Shown one piece after another: positions 1 to 7,465 of a DNA stretch of 45,605 nt. This DNA comes from a virus. Positions within the stretch are counted from its first letter, which is position 1, and each line of letters opens with the position of its first letter. The stretch is taken from the IMG/VR virus record IMGVR_UViG_3300045988_018139. One strand, written 5' to 3'. Made by a program: the position numbers and the translations under genes. The notes below the pieces were generated by a model. The model saw only the letters and a list, made by a program, of their open reading frames with translations, was not told the origin of the DNA and ran no database searches.

Positions 1-77
1 CGGGCTCTGGATGTATTTCTGGGCACCGGCCTTTGCCAGCGGCACGCTGGAATAGGTTTCAAGGTCAATGCTGAGAT
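1..77. repeat. Terminal direct repeat: 1-77 is identical to 45529-45605 (circular-contig overlap)
   Basis: The same 77-nt string (cgggctctggatgtatttctgggcacc...aaggtcaatgctgagat) is read at both ends of the window. The unique length is therefore 45,528 bp. Confidence 0.95.
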
Positions 78-84
78 GGTGCAT
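1..84 (-). CDS. 5' end of the family-A DNA polymerase gene, continuous with 43624..45605 across the circular junction
   Basis: The frame of 43624..45605 stays open through the junction to ATG at 82-84 (revcomp), which is preceded by TAAGGAGG (88-95, revcomp). It encodes MHHLSIDLETYSS..., an ExoI D-x-E motif that the ORF-track start at 45573 (GTG) cuts off. Confidence 0.85.
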   Translation of the reverse strand, partial: MHHLSIDLETYSSVPLAKAGAQKYIQSP

Positions 85-94
85 GTGGGCCTCC

Positions 95-472
95 TTATGC
101 GCCGAAAGCGGCGTCTTTGGTGTAGAGCTCCATGATGTTCTCCGTGTTCACGCCACGGGCCTCCAGCTCCTCCATCATGGCCTTAAAGAGCGGGGTGCCG
201 GTCACATACTGGACCAGTTCCTCAGAGGAGAGGCTGGTGGCGTTGTGGAGAGATTTCTTGCGGACGTCCTCCCCGTTGCCGTTGGGGTTCCAGGCCTCCT
301 GCTCCTCAAAAGTGGCGTCCTCAATGTCGTTGACCAGCATGGCCTGGACACGGGCGGGTTTCTGCACCAGCATCTTGACCGTGTTGAGCAGGTGGGCGGT
401 TTCCATATCCTTGACTTCCATGGCCAGGCCAAAGGCTCCAATCCAGAGCTTTCCATCAAAGCGGGTTTTCAT
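95..472 (-). CDS. Hypothetical protein (125 aa)
   Basis: AAGGAGG lies 8 nt upstream of the ATG at 470-472. The gene is packed between the DUF2815-like gene and PolA. No motif recognised. Confidence 0.7.
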   Translation of the reverse strand: MKTRFDGKLWIGAFGLAMEVKDMETAHLLNTVKMLVQKPARVQAMLVNDIEDATFEEQEAWNPNGNGEDVRKKSLHNATSLSSEELVQYVTGTPLFKAMMEELEARGVNTENIMELYTKDAAFGA

Positions 473-496
473 CGGTATGTCCTCCTTTTGTCGTTA

Positions 497-1213
497 TCAC
501 ATGGGCTGGCCAGTGATGGGGTTGATGCCGTTGTTGCCGTTCCAGGGCGGGGTGTTGGCGGGAGTGGGGGCCGCACCGTAGCCGGGAGCTGCCGGAGCTA
601 CACCATAAGCGCCGGGGGTGGCGGGCATTGCCGCCCCATAGTTGGGGGTGGCCGGAGCGGCAGGGGCCGCACCAATCCCGGCAAAATCAGAGGCGGCGGA
701 GGCCTGGCCGCTCAGGGGCTCCCCGTCACGGGTCTTGAGGACGTTGCCCAGGCCGCAGCCGATGCCCTTGTTGCCGCTGTTGGAATAGCCGAAAAAGCGG
801 ACGGTCACCCGGCCATACATGCCGCTGTAAATGTCAGAGGGGGCCAGCTCACAGTTGATGTTGTCGATGCCCACCACCTGGGGCTTGTTCTTGGTGGAGG
901 CGGTCAGGACCCAGTGGCCCTTGCACTCATCGCCAAAGGGGACGCCGGAGGGCCGGACACCATCACCGTCATGGATGGGCACCTTGAGCATGGGAGGCCG
1001 GGCCCCGTTCCACACCTTGGTCAAGGCATCCTGGGCGGCGGCGTTGATGGCGGCGTCAATGTCTGCCTTGGTAGCGGTGTCCGTCTTGGGAATGAGCAGG
1101 GTGACGGAATACTTGGGCTCACCGCCCTGCTTGGCGGCTCTGGGGGTGGTCAGGCTGCAATAGGAGAGGCGCACCTCGCCGGTCAGCACTTTCATGGGGT
1201 CATTCTGATACAT
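497..1213 (-). CDS. DUF2815-family ssDNA-binding-like protein with a Pro/Ala/Gly-rich C-terminal tail
   Basis: The translation (MYQNDPMKVLTGEVRLSY...KYSVTLLIPK...GYSNSGNKGIG) is typical of DUF2815 proteins that accompany DUF2800, PolA and VirE in phage replication modules. AAGGAG precedes the ATG at 1211-1213. The upstream part of the listed ORF looks like read-through. Confidence 0.75.
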   Translation of the reverse strand: MYQNDPMKVLTGEVRLSYCSLTTPRAAKQGGEPKYSVTLLIPKTDTATKADIDAAINAAAQDALTKVWNGARPPMLKVPIHDGDGVRPSGVPFGDECKGHWVLTASTKNKPQVVGIDNINCELAPSDIYSGMYGRVTVRFFGYSNSGNKGIGCGLGNVLKTRDGEPLSGQASAASDFAGIGAAPAAPATPNYGAAMPATPGAYGVAPAAPGYGAAPTPANTPPWNGNNGINPITGQPM

Positions 1214-1257
1214 AGTCTTTGTTCTCCTTTTTGATAGATTGCCTTGTGTGTTGCGTA

Positions 1258-1836
1258 TCAAAGGGCGGTGTCCGCCCATATCGCCTTGATTTTCACCCAG
1301 CGCTCATGCCGGGCTTTGGCGGCCTTGACCTTGCGGGTCAGGCGGTTGTTGTTCTTGAGGGTTTCCACCACGGCGGGGTGACGGCTCTTGGGGTTGCTCA
1401 CCTTGCGCCAGCCGTCTGTAAATTCACGGGAGGCCAGTTTCCAGGCGTCCTCACTCTCCTGGATGGCTTGCTCCAGGTAGGCGGTCAGCCGGTCAATGGC
1501 CTGCCAGTTATCGAAGTCCCAGAGGTGCATCAGCTTGAACAGTTTGCGGGTGTTGGTGATGGTCAGGTCACAGAGCCGGTCAAGGTAGATGTCCGCCCGG
1601 AAAGTGTCCGCCTGGATGTGGACCAGAGTGTCCGGGTCAGTGAACATGGGGCAGTCCTCACAGCGGTCCCGGTCCGGGAGGGCGGAGATGTAGCTCCTGG
1701 GCTCCGCCACCTTGTATTGCACGGACCTGGAGCAGCACGGGGACACGGGGAAAACCGGGTCATGGTCCTTGCAGTCCAGGGGGACAAACGGGCGGAGGCG
1801 GGGCTGGGCGTGGGCACAGGTGTTGTATTTAAGCAT
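1258..1836 (-). CDS. Hypothetical protein, Cys-rich N-terminus (192 aa)
   Basis: The ATG at 1834-1836 overlaps the stop of the upstream nuclease gene, suggesting coupling. No family recognised. Confidence 0.6.
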   Translation of the reverse strand: MLKYNTCAHAQPRLRPFVPLDCKDHDPVFPVSPCCSRSVQYKVAEPRSYISALPDRDRCEDCPMFTDPDTLVHIQADTFRADIYLDRLCDLTITNTRKLFKLMHLWDFDNWQAIDRLTAYLEQAIQESEDAWKLASREFTDGWRKVSNPKSRHPAVVETLKNNNRLTRKVKAAKARHERWVKIKAIWADTAL

Positions 1837-3019
1837 CGGCGGCCACCCCGGCGAAGTCAGCAGCGGCGGGGCTGTATGCCTCCCGCTTGTCAGACGCAGG
1901 GGCAAGAGTGGGCTTGCCCAGGGGCTTGGTCACAAAGCTGCCGATTTTCTCCGCAAACTCCGCCTTGCCCATGAGCTTTTCCAGCTCGGTGAGGGTCTTG
2001 GGCTTGCGGTCATAGACCAGGGCCTCATCATAACCGGCGGCAATGACCGCCTGGATGGCGGCGTCCTGGTCGGTAAAGGTCCGATTGCTCCGGCCCGCCA
2101 CCAGTTTCCATCCGGGGATTTCCTTGCCAGCCAGCAGGGCCTCCGTGGCGTATTCCTCCAGGTCTTTGTACCATTGGACCAGCAGCTTTCCCCGTTCCAG
2201 CAGGTCACCGATTTCAGCATCCGTGAGGACCTTGCCCTCACCCTGGGGCTGTTTCCCGGCGGGCACACAGTCCTTGAAGTCCTCCAGGGCGGTGTTGACG
2301 TTGGCACGGGCCCGGCATTGAGCCTTGCCACGGCAAAAGCGGCAATGGTCACCGGGGACAAACTCACCCAGGCCGGAGTAGGCTTTCTGGGCAATGGGTT
2401 TGATGCTGTCCCCCCAGGCCCGCAGCTCATCAACGGTGATTTCATCCGTGGTGTAGCTGTCCAGCCGGGGCTGGTCAATGGTCATGCGGACCCGCTTGAT
2501 GGTGTCCCCGAACACGGGGGCGTAGCGGCGGAGAGCGCCCAGGGCATAGAGCCGCATTTGGGGATTGCCCACAGCGGACACGGGGACGCCCTTGCCGTGC
2601 TTGTAGTCCACGATGCTGAGGAGGTCGCCGCCGATGATGCAGCAGTCACAGGTGCCAAAGCCCTCCGGCACATAGTCCGAAAAATCCACCTGGACCTCAA
2701 CGGCCACGGTGGGGGCGGTGTCATAGGCCATGACCTGCTCCGTGATGTGCTCCAGGTAGAGGTCCGTGGTCTTGTCCATCTCCGGGTTGTAAAGCGGGTC
2801 TTTCTTGAGCTTGTTGAGCCGGGTGTTGTAGGTCCGGGTGCTCATGGGGGTGCATTTCTTGGTGACCTTGAGCTCACCAATGGCGTGGGCCAGGCGGCCC
2901 TCCTCCGCATATTCGCTGGTGCTTTCCGGCAGCCCCTCCTCAAAACGGGGGGCTGCCGTGCATACCATCCAGCGGGCGGCAGAGGATGCCGAAAGCAGGG
3001 CGTGCTTGACAGGGGGCAT
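1829..3019 (-). CDS. DUF2800-family PD-(D/E)XK (Cas4/RecB-like) nuclease
   Basis: It has an IVDYKHGKG core and a C-terminal Cys cluster (CRFCRGKAQC). AAGGAGG RBS is present. The neighbours are those usually found with DUF2800. Confidence 0.8.
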   Translation of the reverse strand: MPPVKHALLSASSAARWMVCTAAPRFEEGLPESTSEYAEEGRLAHAIGELKVTKKCTPMSTRTYNTRLNKLKKDPLYNPEMDKTTDLYLEHITEQVMAYDTAPTVAVEVQVDFSDYVPEGFGTCDCCIIGGDLLSIVDYKHGKGVPVSAVGNPQMRLYALGALRRYAPVFGDTIKRVRMTIDQPRLDSYTTDEITVDELRAWGDSIKPIAQKAYSGLGEFVPGDHCRFCRGKAQCRARANVNTALEDFKDCVPAGKQPQGEGKVLTDAEIGDLLERGKLLVQWYKDLEEYATEALLAGKEIPGWKLVAGRSNRTFTDQDAAIQAVIAAGYDEALVYDRKPKTLTELEKLMGKAEFAEKIGSFVTKPLGKPTLAPASDKREAYSPAAADFAGVAADA

Positions 3020-3031
3020 TGTGGCACCTCC

Positions 3032-3553
3032 TTAAATCTGAGCGCCCAGGGCCCGGAGCTCGGTGGCGAAAGCGCCATACTGCTCCGGCTGGAGCTGGGT
3101 GACGGCCTGCACGCCGTAGCGGCCCAGCAGGGCCAAAAGCTGCTCCATCTTCCCGGCGTCCACCAGGGAGGCACCTGCACGGGAGATTTGGTCCAGGGTG
3201 TAGGCAGGAGCGCTGGTCACCGGAACAGCGGGGGCCGGGGTGCTACCAGGGGCGGCAGATGTCGGGCCAGCAGTCGGCGCACTGGTCACAGGCATGGGAG
3301 AGGGGCTGGGGGCCGCCACAGGGGCCGCCATAGTGGGGGCAGGGGTCTGGGTAGGGTTTACCGGCGCAGGGCTCACAGGGGCCGCAGGAGCGGGCGCAGG
3401 GGCCGGTGCCGGGGTTGTGGGATAGCCGGACACGGGCAGGGGCTCATCAGGGACAAGCAGCGCCGGGTCGGGGCCGGAGGCAATGGCCTCCGCCAGCTTG
3501 AGGATAGAGGCGGCCAGGTCGGGGGCCTCAACGGTGATTTTCATTTCCATCAT
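3032..3553 (-). CDS. Hypothetical protein with a long Pro/Ala/Thr linker
   Basis: AAGGAGG lies 9 nt before ATGATG at 3548-3553. The protein has a structured N-terminus (MMEMKITVEAPDL...), a PAPAPAP-type linker and a helical C-terminal domain. Confidence 0.6.
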   Translation of the reverse strand: MMEMKITVEAPDLAASILKLAEAIASGPDPALLVPDEPLPVSGYPTTPAPAPAPAPAAPVSPAPVNPTQTPAPTMAAPVAAPSPSPMPVTSAPTAGPTSAAPGSTPAPAVPVTSAPAYTLDQISRAGASLVDAGKMEQLLALLGRYGVQAVTQLQPEQYGAFATELRALGAQI

Positions 3554-3647
3554 GGATGTCATCCTCCTTTGTTTCGTTTTCACAATCGCATTTCTCGCCG
3601 GGGTCCAGGTTGGCCCCGCAGTTCGGACAGGTCCAGTAGTACGGCAT
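3528..3647 (-). CDS. Small zinc-ribbon-like peptide (39 aa)
   Basis: Translation is MPYYWTCPNCGANLDPGEKCDCENETKEDD..., with CxxC...CxC. It sits directly after the SLT gene stop and has a GGAG upstream. It is below the ORF-track cutoff as an independent ORF. Confidence 0.4.
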   Translation of the reverse strand: MPYYWTCPNCGANLDPGEKCDCENETKEDDIHDGNENHR

Positions 3648-3654
3648 GGGGTCA

Positions 3655-4335
3655 TCACTCCAAAATGCTTGTCCAGTATTCAAAGCGGGCCATGACCTTG
3701 CGGGAGTGTTCGGTGCTGTATGTACCAGACGCCCACAGAGATTGAGCGCCGGAGGGGCCGCAGTTGTAGGCCATGACGGCCAGCTCCGGCTCCCCGTAGG
3801 CGGTGAGGTAGTCACCCAGCAGCATGACACCGGCCTCAATGTTCCCGGTGTAGGTCATGGGGTCAATGCCTTGCTCCAAAAACCACCCATGATTGACCTG
3901 GTTGATTTGCATGAGGCCGTAGTCATTGGTGCCACTTGTGGCATCCGGGTCAAAACGGCTTTCCACGTCCGCCACGGCCAGGGCCAGAGCGTAGGGGACG
4001 CCGTACTCCTCGCAGCAGGCCTGCATGGTTTCCTGGAGGTCGTAGGCCAGGAGGTTGCCGTCCGTCACAATGTCATCCCGCCAGAGGACCGGCTCCTCCG
4101 TGGGAGCCGGTGTTGCCGTGGGGGTTTCCGTGGCCTCTGGGGTCGGGGTGGTGCTCTCCAGCACCGGCTCCGGGAGGGTCATGGCGGCCTGGCTGGTGTG
4201 CCTGCCAGTAAAGAAACCGGCGGCGAAAATGCCAGCGCACACCAGCGCCAGCACAATGACCGGGCCGTAGTTCGGGCGGCGTTTCCGCCTGGCCCGGTGA
4301 CGGGGGGCTCTCTGGCCATATTCACAGATGGTCAT
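3655..4335 (-). CDS. Membrane-anchored lytic transglycosylase (SLT domain)
   Basis: SLT catalytic signature VADVESRFDP...NDYGLMQIN is present. There is an N-terminal basic stretch plus a TM segment (PVIVLALVCAGIFAAGFF) and a Thr/Pro linker. The ATG at 4333-4335 is preceded by AAGGGGTG. Confidence 0.8.
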   Translation of the reverse strand: MTICEYGQRAPRHRARRKRRPNYGPVIVLALVCAGIFAAGFFTGRHTSQAAMTLPEPVLESTTPTPEATETPTATPAPTEEPVLWRDDIVTDGNLLAYDLQETMQACCEEYGVPYALALAVADVESRFDPDATSGTNDYGLMQINQVNHGWFLEQGIDPMTYTGNIEAGVMLLGDYLTAYGEPELAVMAYNCGPSGAQSLWASGTYSTEHSRKVMARFEYWTSILE

Positions 4336-4347
4336 GGAGTTCACCCC

Positions 4348-4932
4348 TTACTTGCCGATGCGGCGGAAAAGCTCCTCCGCCAGCTCACGGGTGCTGTACT
4401 GCTCCAGCGGGTTGCCCTCAACCTCCACGGTGTAATTGGAGGGGAGGAGGAAAGCGGGGCGGGACCCGAAGGTGAGGGTGCAGAGGCGGCCGCTGATGCT
4501 GCCATCGGAGTACAGCCCCATGACCCATGTGTCATCCTCATTGACCTTGGGGGTGCTCCAGGGCGTCACGGACCACTCAAAGCGCTCCGGGATGGGGATG
4601 ATGTCCGCATACTTGCGGAGCTCGTCCAGGGACAGCGGGGCCACCTTGCACTCACAGGTGCCGTACTCCTTAGAGCCGTTGAGGGCGGTGAGGTCCACGG
4701 TGCGGGTGATGACCTCATCGGGGTTGCCGTCCGTGAGGCTCCGCAGGTAGGGGCCGTTGAGGTGGGCCCGCAGGGAGCTGGATGCAAAGTTGTTGTCAGA
4801 GCCAAAGGCGTGGCTCATCTGCTCCAGGTGCAGGAGCAGGGTGCCGTCCTTGCGGTGCTCCAGCACCAGGCAGGGCTCCCCGTGGTAGTCCACGGTTTTG
4901 CCGGGGGCGATGTTCAAAAGAGCGGTTTTCAT
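4348..4932 (-). CDS. Stand-alone DGR target protein (DUF6273/C-type-lectin-like variable domain), carries VR2
   Basis: AAGGAGG lies 8 nt before the ATG at 4930-4932. The C-terminal WSTP...GLYSDGSISGRLCTLTFGSRPAFLLPS is paralogous to the VR1 region of 11491..13299. The nucleotide match to TR is described under the VR2 feature. Confidence 0.8.
   Translation of the reverse strand: MKTALLNIAPGKTVDYHGEPCLVLEHRKDGTLLLHLEQMSHAFGSDNNFASSSLRAHLNGPYLRSLTDGNPDEVITRTVDLTALNGSKEYGTCECKVAPLSLDELRKYADIIPIPERFEWSVTPWSTPKVNEDDTWVMGLYSDGSISGRLCTLTFGSRPAFLLPSNYTVEVEGNPLEQYSTRELAEELFRRIGK
4453..4519 (-). repeat. DGR variable region 2 (VR2), matches TR 14574-14640
   Basis: Hand alignment covers 67 bp with 15 mismatches. 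Every mismatch is at a plus-strand T of TR, which is A on the coding strand. It shares the GC-rich 3' end GGGTCCCGCCCCGCT with TR and VR1. Confidence 0.8.
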
Positions 4933-4945
4933 GGTGGTGTCCTCC

Positions 4946-5152
4946 TTACTGTTCGGTTTCGTCCTCATCATCGTCCCCGGAGATGTCAATGAGGTTTTCC
5001 GCCTGGACGATGATTTCAGAAACGATTTGACGGATGGGCAGGCCGGTCTTGAAACGGAGCCGCCGGACCACTTTTTCCGCCTCCGGGGTGAGCCGGACGG
5101 TGCCGATGCACTCATCGGAGCTTGTCCGGGTCCTCAAAATAATGGGTTTCAT
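4946..5152 (-). CDS. Small ribbon-helix-helix-like (CopG/Arc-type) protein with acidic tail (68 aa)
   Basis: AAGGAGG precedes the ATG at 5150-5152. The segment TVRLTPEAEKVVRRLRFKTGLPIRQIVSEII looks like beta-alpha-alpha. The gene is hidden inside a longer spurious listed ORF. Confidence 0.55.
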   Translation of the reverse strand: MKPIILRTRTSSDECIGTVRLTPEAEKVVRRLRFKTGLPIRQIVSEIIVQAENLIDISGDDDEDETEQ

Positions 5153-5201
5153 GGTGTGCCTCCTTTGATTTTGTGAAAAGCGGTGATGCGGGTATGTAAC
5201 C

Positions 5202-5444
5202 TCAGCGGCTCTGCTTTCCCCTCCGCTCAAGTTCCTGTTGCATCCTGAGCTGGGCAAGGGTAGCATCATACTGCAATCGCTGGTCCGGGAGGCGGACCCC
5301 AGAACGGCCCCGGCGCAGTTCCGTGTAGAGCGTGGACAGCGGCACATCAAGGGCCTCTGCCATGTCTTTGACCGTTTTGCCTTGCTCCCAAAGCTCCTGG
5401 AGTTCCTGCCGGGCCTGGAGCGTTGCGAAAGCGTAGCTCGCCAT
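5202..5444 (-). CDS. Small helix-turn-helix DNA-binding protein (80 aa)
   Basis: The segment GKTVKDMAEALDVPLSTLYTELRRG is HTH-like, resembling IS30/sigma region-4 type. AAGGAAG RBS is present. Confidence 0.6.
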   Translation of the reverse strand: MASYAFATLQARQELQELWEQGKTVKDMAEALDVPLSTLYTELRRGRSGVRLPDQRLQYDATLAQLRMQQELERRGKQSR

Positions 5445-5510
5445 GTTTTCACTTCCTTTCCTATGGGGTCAGGTTGTCTGGTGGGCTCCGCCTGAGCGGA
5501 GCCCGTTGAC

Positions 5511-6125
5511 TTATTTGCGCCATTCAGCACCCAGGAGGCCACAGATGGAGGTGGGGAGGTCAAAGGGGATGACCTTTTGCTCATTGCACTTGTCCAGCAT
5601 GGCGGTGATGCCCGCCAGCATCCAGTCATCAACATCCTCCTCACGGTCCGTGAGGATGTCCACCGCCTGGACAAGCTCTTTGATGCACTCCAGCATCACT
5701 TTGGCGTTGTTTTCAGCGGTGAGCACCATGCACTTTATCTGTCCATCATCGGGCTCGGCCTGCATGGCTTTGACGGCGGCATCCTCTTTTTCCTTGTTGG
5801 CCAGCTCCTTGACGTACTCCCCGGTAAACCAAAAGGTGACCCTCTGGAGCCGCTTGGCAAGTTTCTTGCGCTCATCACTGAGCTCCTGGGTGGGCTCCTG
5901 GGTGGGTTGCTCAATCCAGATGTTGACCGTTTCAAGGTGGCTGCTGTCCAGGTTTACCTCCAGCCGGTCACCCAGGTCACAGATGTAATCACAGTGGTGG
6001 CCCTCAGCAGTGCTCCGATAAACGGGGTAACCAGCCCGGCTGCTGCTGTGCTCATCCTTGACGTAATCAGTGGGGAAAATCTCATTGACTTTGTTCCAGG
6101 CCTCCTGCTTGCTGGTGACTTTCAT
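5511..6125 (-). CDS. Hypothetical acidic protein (204 aa)
   Basis: AAGGAGG precedes the ATG at 6123-6125. The N-terminal 70 aa of the listed ORF cross an AT-rich non-coding island and are rejected. Confidence 0.65.
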   Translation of the reverse strand: MKVTSKQEAWNKVNEIFPTDYVKDEHSSSRAGYPVYRSTAEGHHCDYICDLGDRLEVNLDSSHLETVNIWIEQPTQEPTQELSDERKKLAKRLQRVTFWFTGEYVKELANKEKEDAAVKAMQAEPDDGQIKCMVLTAENNAKVMLECIKELVQAVDILTDREEDVDDWMLAGITAMLDKCNEQKVIPFDLPTSICGLLGAEWRK

Positions 6126-6192
6126 GGTGCATCCTCCTTGATATAAAAGAAAAAAGATTAGCTCGCTGGCACCTTTCGGTGCCTGCAAACTA

Positions 6193-6221
6193 ATCTTAGT
6201 GCTTACCTGGCTAAAAGTCAA
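6193..6221 (-). promoter_or_regulatory. Putative sigma70-type promoter TTGACT-17-TAAGAT for 5511..6125
   Basis: The hexamers are read on the minus strand: -35 at 6216-6221 and -10 at 6193-6198, with a 17-nt spacer. Confidence 0.35.
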
Positions 6222-6265
6222 TAGAAATTTGCATAAAACAAGAAAAAACGGCAATCCGCACAAAT

Positions 6266-6290
6266 AAAAAGCGCCCCTATTGGGCGTTTT
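6266..6290 (-). terminator. Terminator-like hairpin after the transposase gene
   Basis: CGCCC-ctatt-GGGCG is flanked by an A-run and a T-run. On the minus strand it is followed by TTTTTATTT. Confidence 0.35.
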
Positions 6291-6313
6291 CACAACAAAA
6301 TAACATGGCAAGC

Positions 6314-6352
6314 CAGCCGGATGGGTAAATCCCATTCGGCTGCTTTTTCTTT
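6314..6352 (+). terminator. 12-bp-stem hairpin plus T-run, oriented as a plus-strand terminator facing the 3' end of the transposase gene
   Basis: The stem is CAGCCGGATGGG-taaat-CCCATTCGGCTG (one G-T pair), followed by CTTTTTCTTT. Confidence 0.4.
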
Positions 6353-6367
6353 ATGTGCCGCCAATCG

Positions 6368-7408
6368 TCAGGCGGTCAAGAGCTCTTTCTCAAAGAGCAT
6401 GGCCGCCGATTTCCACCCCAGCAGCTTGCGGGGGTAGTTGTTCACCCACCTCTCTGCCGCCCTCACCTCCTCCGGCTTTACGGTGTCAAAGCTGGTGCCC
6501 TTGGGGAAAAACCGTCTAATCAGCCGGTTCATGTTCTCATTGGACCCCCGCTCAAAGGCGCTGTATGGGTGGCAGAAAAACACAATGGTCCGCTTGCCCT
6601 TGCGCCGGTGGGCGGCCTCGATACCCTCGAAGTCTTGAAATTCGCAGCCGTTGTCCACCGTGATGCTCTTGAACAGCTTATAGAACAACTTGCCAAAACG
6701 GCGCTCCAGGCTGTTGATGGCCTTGACCACGCTGGCCGCCGTGTGGTCCTCCAGGAGCATCACAATGCCCATGCGGGTCCGGCGCTCGGTGAGGACCAGC
6801 AGGGCTTTTTTGGAGCCCTTGCATCCCATGATACTGTCCATCTCCCAATGGCCGAAACTGCCCCGGCCTTTGACCTCCTGGGGGCGGTTCTCAATGCTTT
6901 TCCCGTGGGAGCTCCGGGCGGCCTGCTGTCTGCTTTTGGCGGAGTAGTGGCGGCGGCCCTTATTGTGCAGATGCTCTGGGGTGAGGTGGAGGAACACGTC
7001 CCCACGGTAGATGTAATTATAGAGCGTGTTCTCACATATCACGGTGTTATAAACCTCACCGTTGTTGCGGATTTCCGCAAGGGCGGCTCCGGGGGCAAAG
7101 CCTTGAACCATGACCAGCTCCTCCAGCCGTTGGACCAGGGCGTGGTCTTTGCCAATCTTGAGGTCCCGGCCTTTTTCTTTGAGAAAATCCCGGTATTTTC
7201 GCTCTGCCACTTCCGGGCAGTAAACCTCAATAAACTCATATTCGGAGGTTTGCTGGATGCAGAGGCCCCGGTTGATTTCATAGTAGATGGACCGCTCACA
7301 CTTGCCCAGAGCGCTGGCAATGGCGGTTTTGGTAAAGCCTTTTTTGAGCATCCGCTCCAGGGTCAGGCGTTGGTCCCAGGTGAAATGCTTGGCGTCTTTA
7401 TGGTTCAT
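6368..7408 (-). CDS. IS30-family DDE transposase/integrase (346 aa)
   Basis: N-terminal HTH (GFTKTAIASALGKCERSIYYEINRG) and catalytic-core segments GHWEMDSI...ITVDNGCEF...RGSNENMNRLIRRFFPKG are typical of IS30 transposases. GGAGGTG RBS is present. Confidence 0.9.
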   Translation of the reverse strand: MNHKDAKHFTWDQRLTLERMLKKGFTKTAIASALGKCERSIYYEINRGLCIQQTSEYEFIEVYCPEVAERKYRDFLKEKGRDLKIGKDHALVQRLEELVMVQGFAPGAALAEIRNNGEVYNTVICENTLYNYIYRGDVFLHLTPEHLHNKGRRHYSAKSRQQAARSSHGKSIENRPQEVKGRGSFGHWEMDSIMGCKGSKKALLVLTERRTRMGIVMLLEDHTAASVVKAINSLERRFGKLFYKLFKSITVDNGCEFQDFEGIEAAHRRKGKRTIVFFCHPYSAFERGSNENMNRLIRRFFPKGTSFDTVKPEEVRAAERWVNNYPRKLLGWKSAAMLFEKELLTA

Positions 7409-7420
7409 GTTGCACCTCCA

Positions 7421-7453
7421 AAAATAAGAAAAGCGGGGCGTTGCCGCCCCGCT
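7421..7453 (-). terminator. Rho-independent terminator after XRE gene 7466..7717
   Basis: A perfect 9-bp stem AGCGGGGCG-ttgc-CGCCCCGCT (7432-7453) is followed on the minus strand by TTTTCTTATTTTT. Confidence 0.75.
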
Positions 7454-7465
7454 CCAATCTGCCGT

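Larger units (their letters stand above)
6363..7463 (-). mobile_element. Possible IS30-family insertion sequence (boundaries tentative)
   Basis: A single DDE transposase ORF fills the interval. It is flanked by the imperfect direct repeat TTTATG(T)GCCGCC at 6350-6362 and 7464-7475. I could not identify clear terminal inverted repeats by eye. Confidence 0.3.

Noticed and set aside
68-1234. Long plus-strand ORFs throughout the window (for example 68..1234, 1712..3745, 3646..4992, 9545..10597, 11608..12882, 20328..21833, 22959..25112, 26884..28089, 29601..30878, 31240..32772, 38113..39912, 43600..44418)
   Set aside because: They lie antisense to well-supported minus-strand genes. They translate to Gly/Arg/Ala/His/Val-rich low-complexity sequence typical of shadow ORFs in GC-rich DNA. 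They lack RBSs and show no recognisable motifs.
3240-3430. Pro/Ala/Thr-rich stretch (PAPAPAPAAPVSPAPV...) as a tandem DNA repeat or collagen-like element
   Set aside because: At the nucleotide level it is compositionally biased but not a regular tandem repeat. It is best explained as a flexible linker within CDS 3032..3553. Similar linkers occur in the SLT protein and the DUF2815 C-terminal tail.
5483-5504. Perfect 9-bp hairpin GGGCTCCGC-ctga-GCGGAGCCC after gene 5511..6125 as a terminator
   Set aside because: There is no U-run on either strand. It may be a processing or stability element or a Rho-dependent site, and I could not support a specific call. The same applies to the GC hairpin at 22519-22542.
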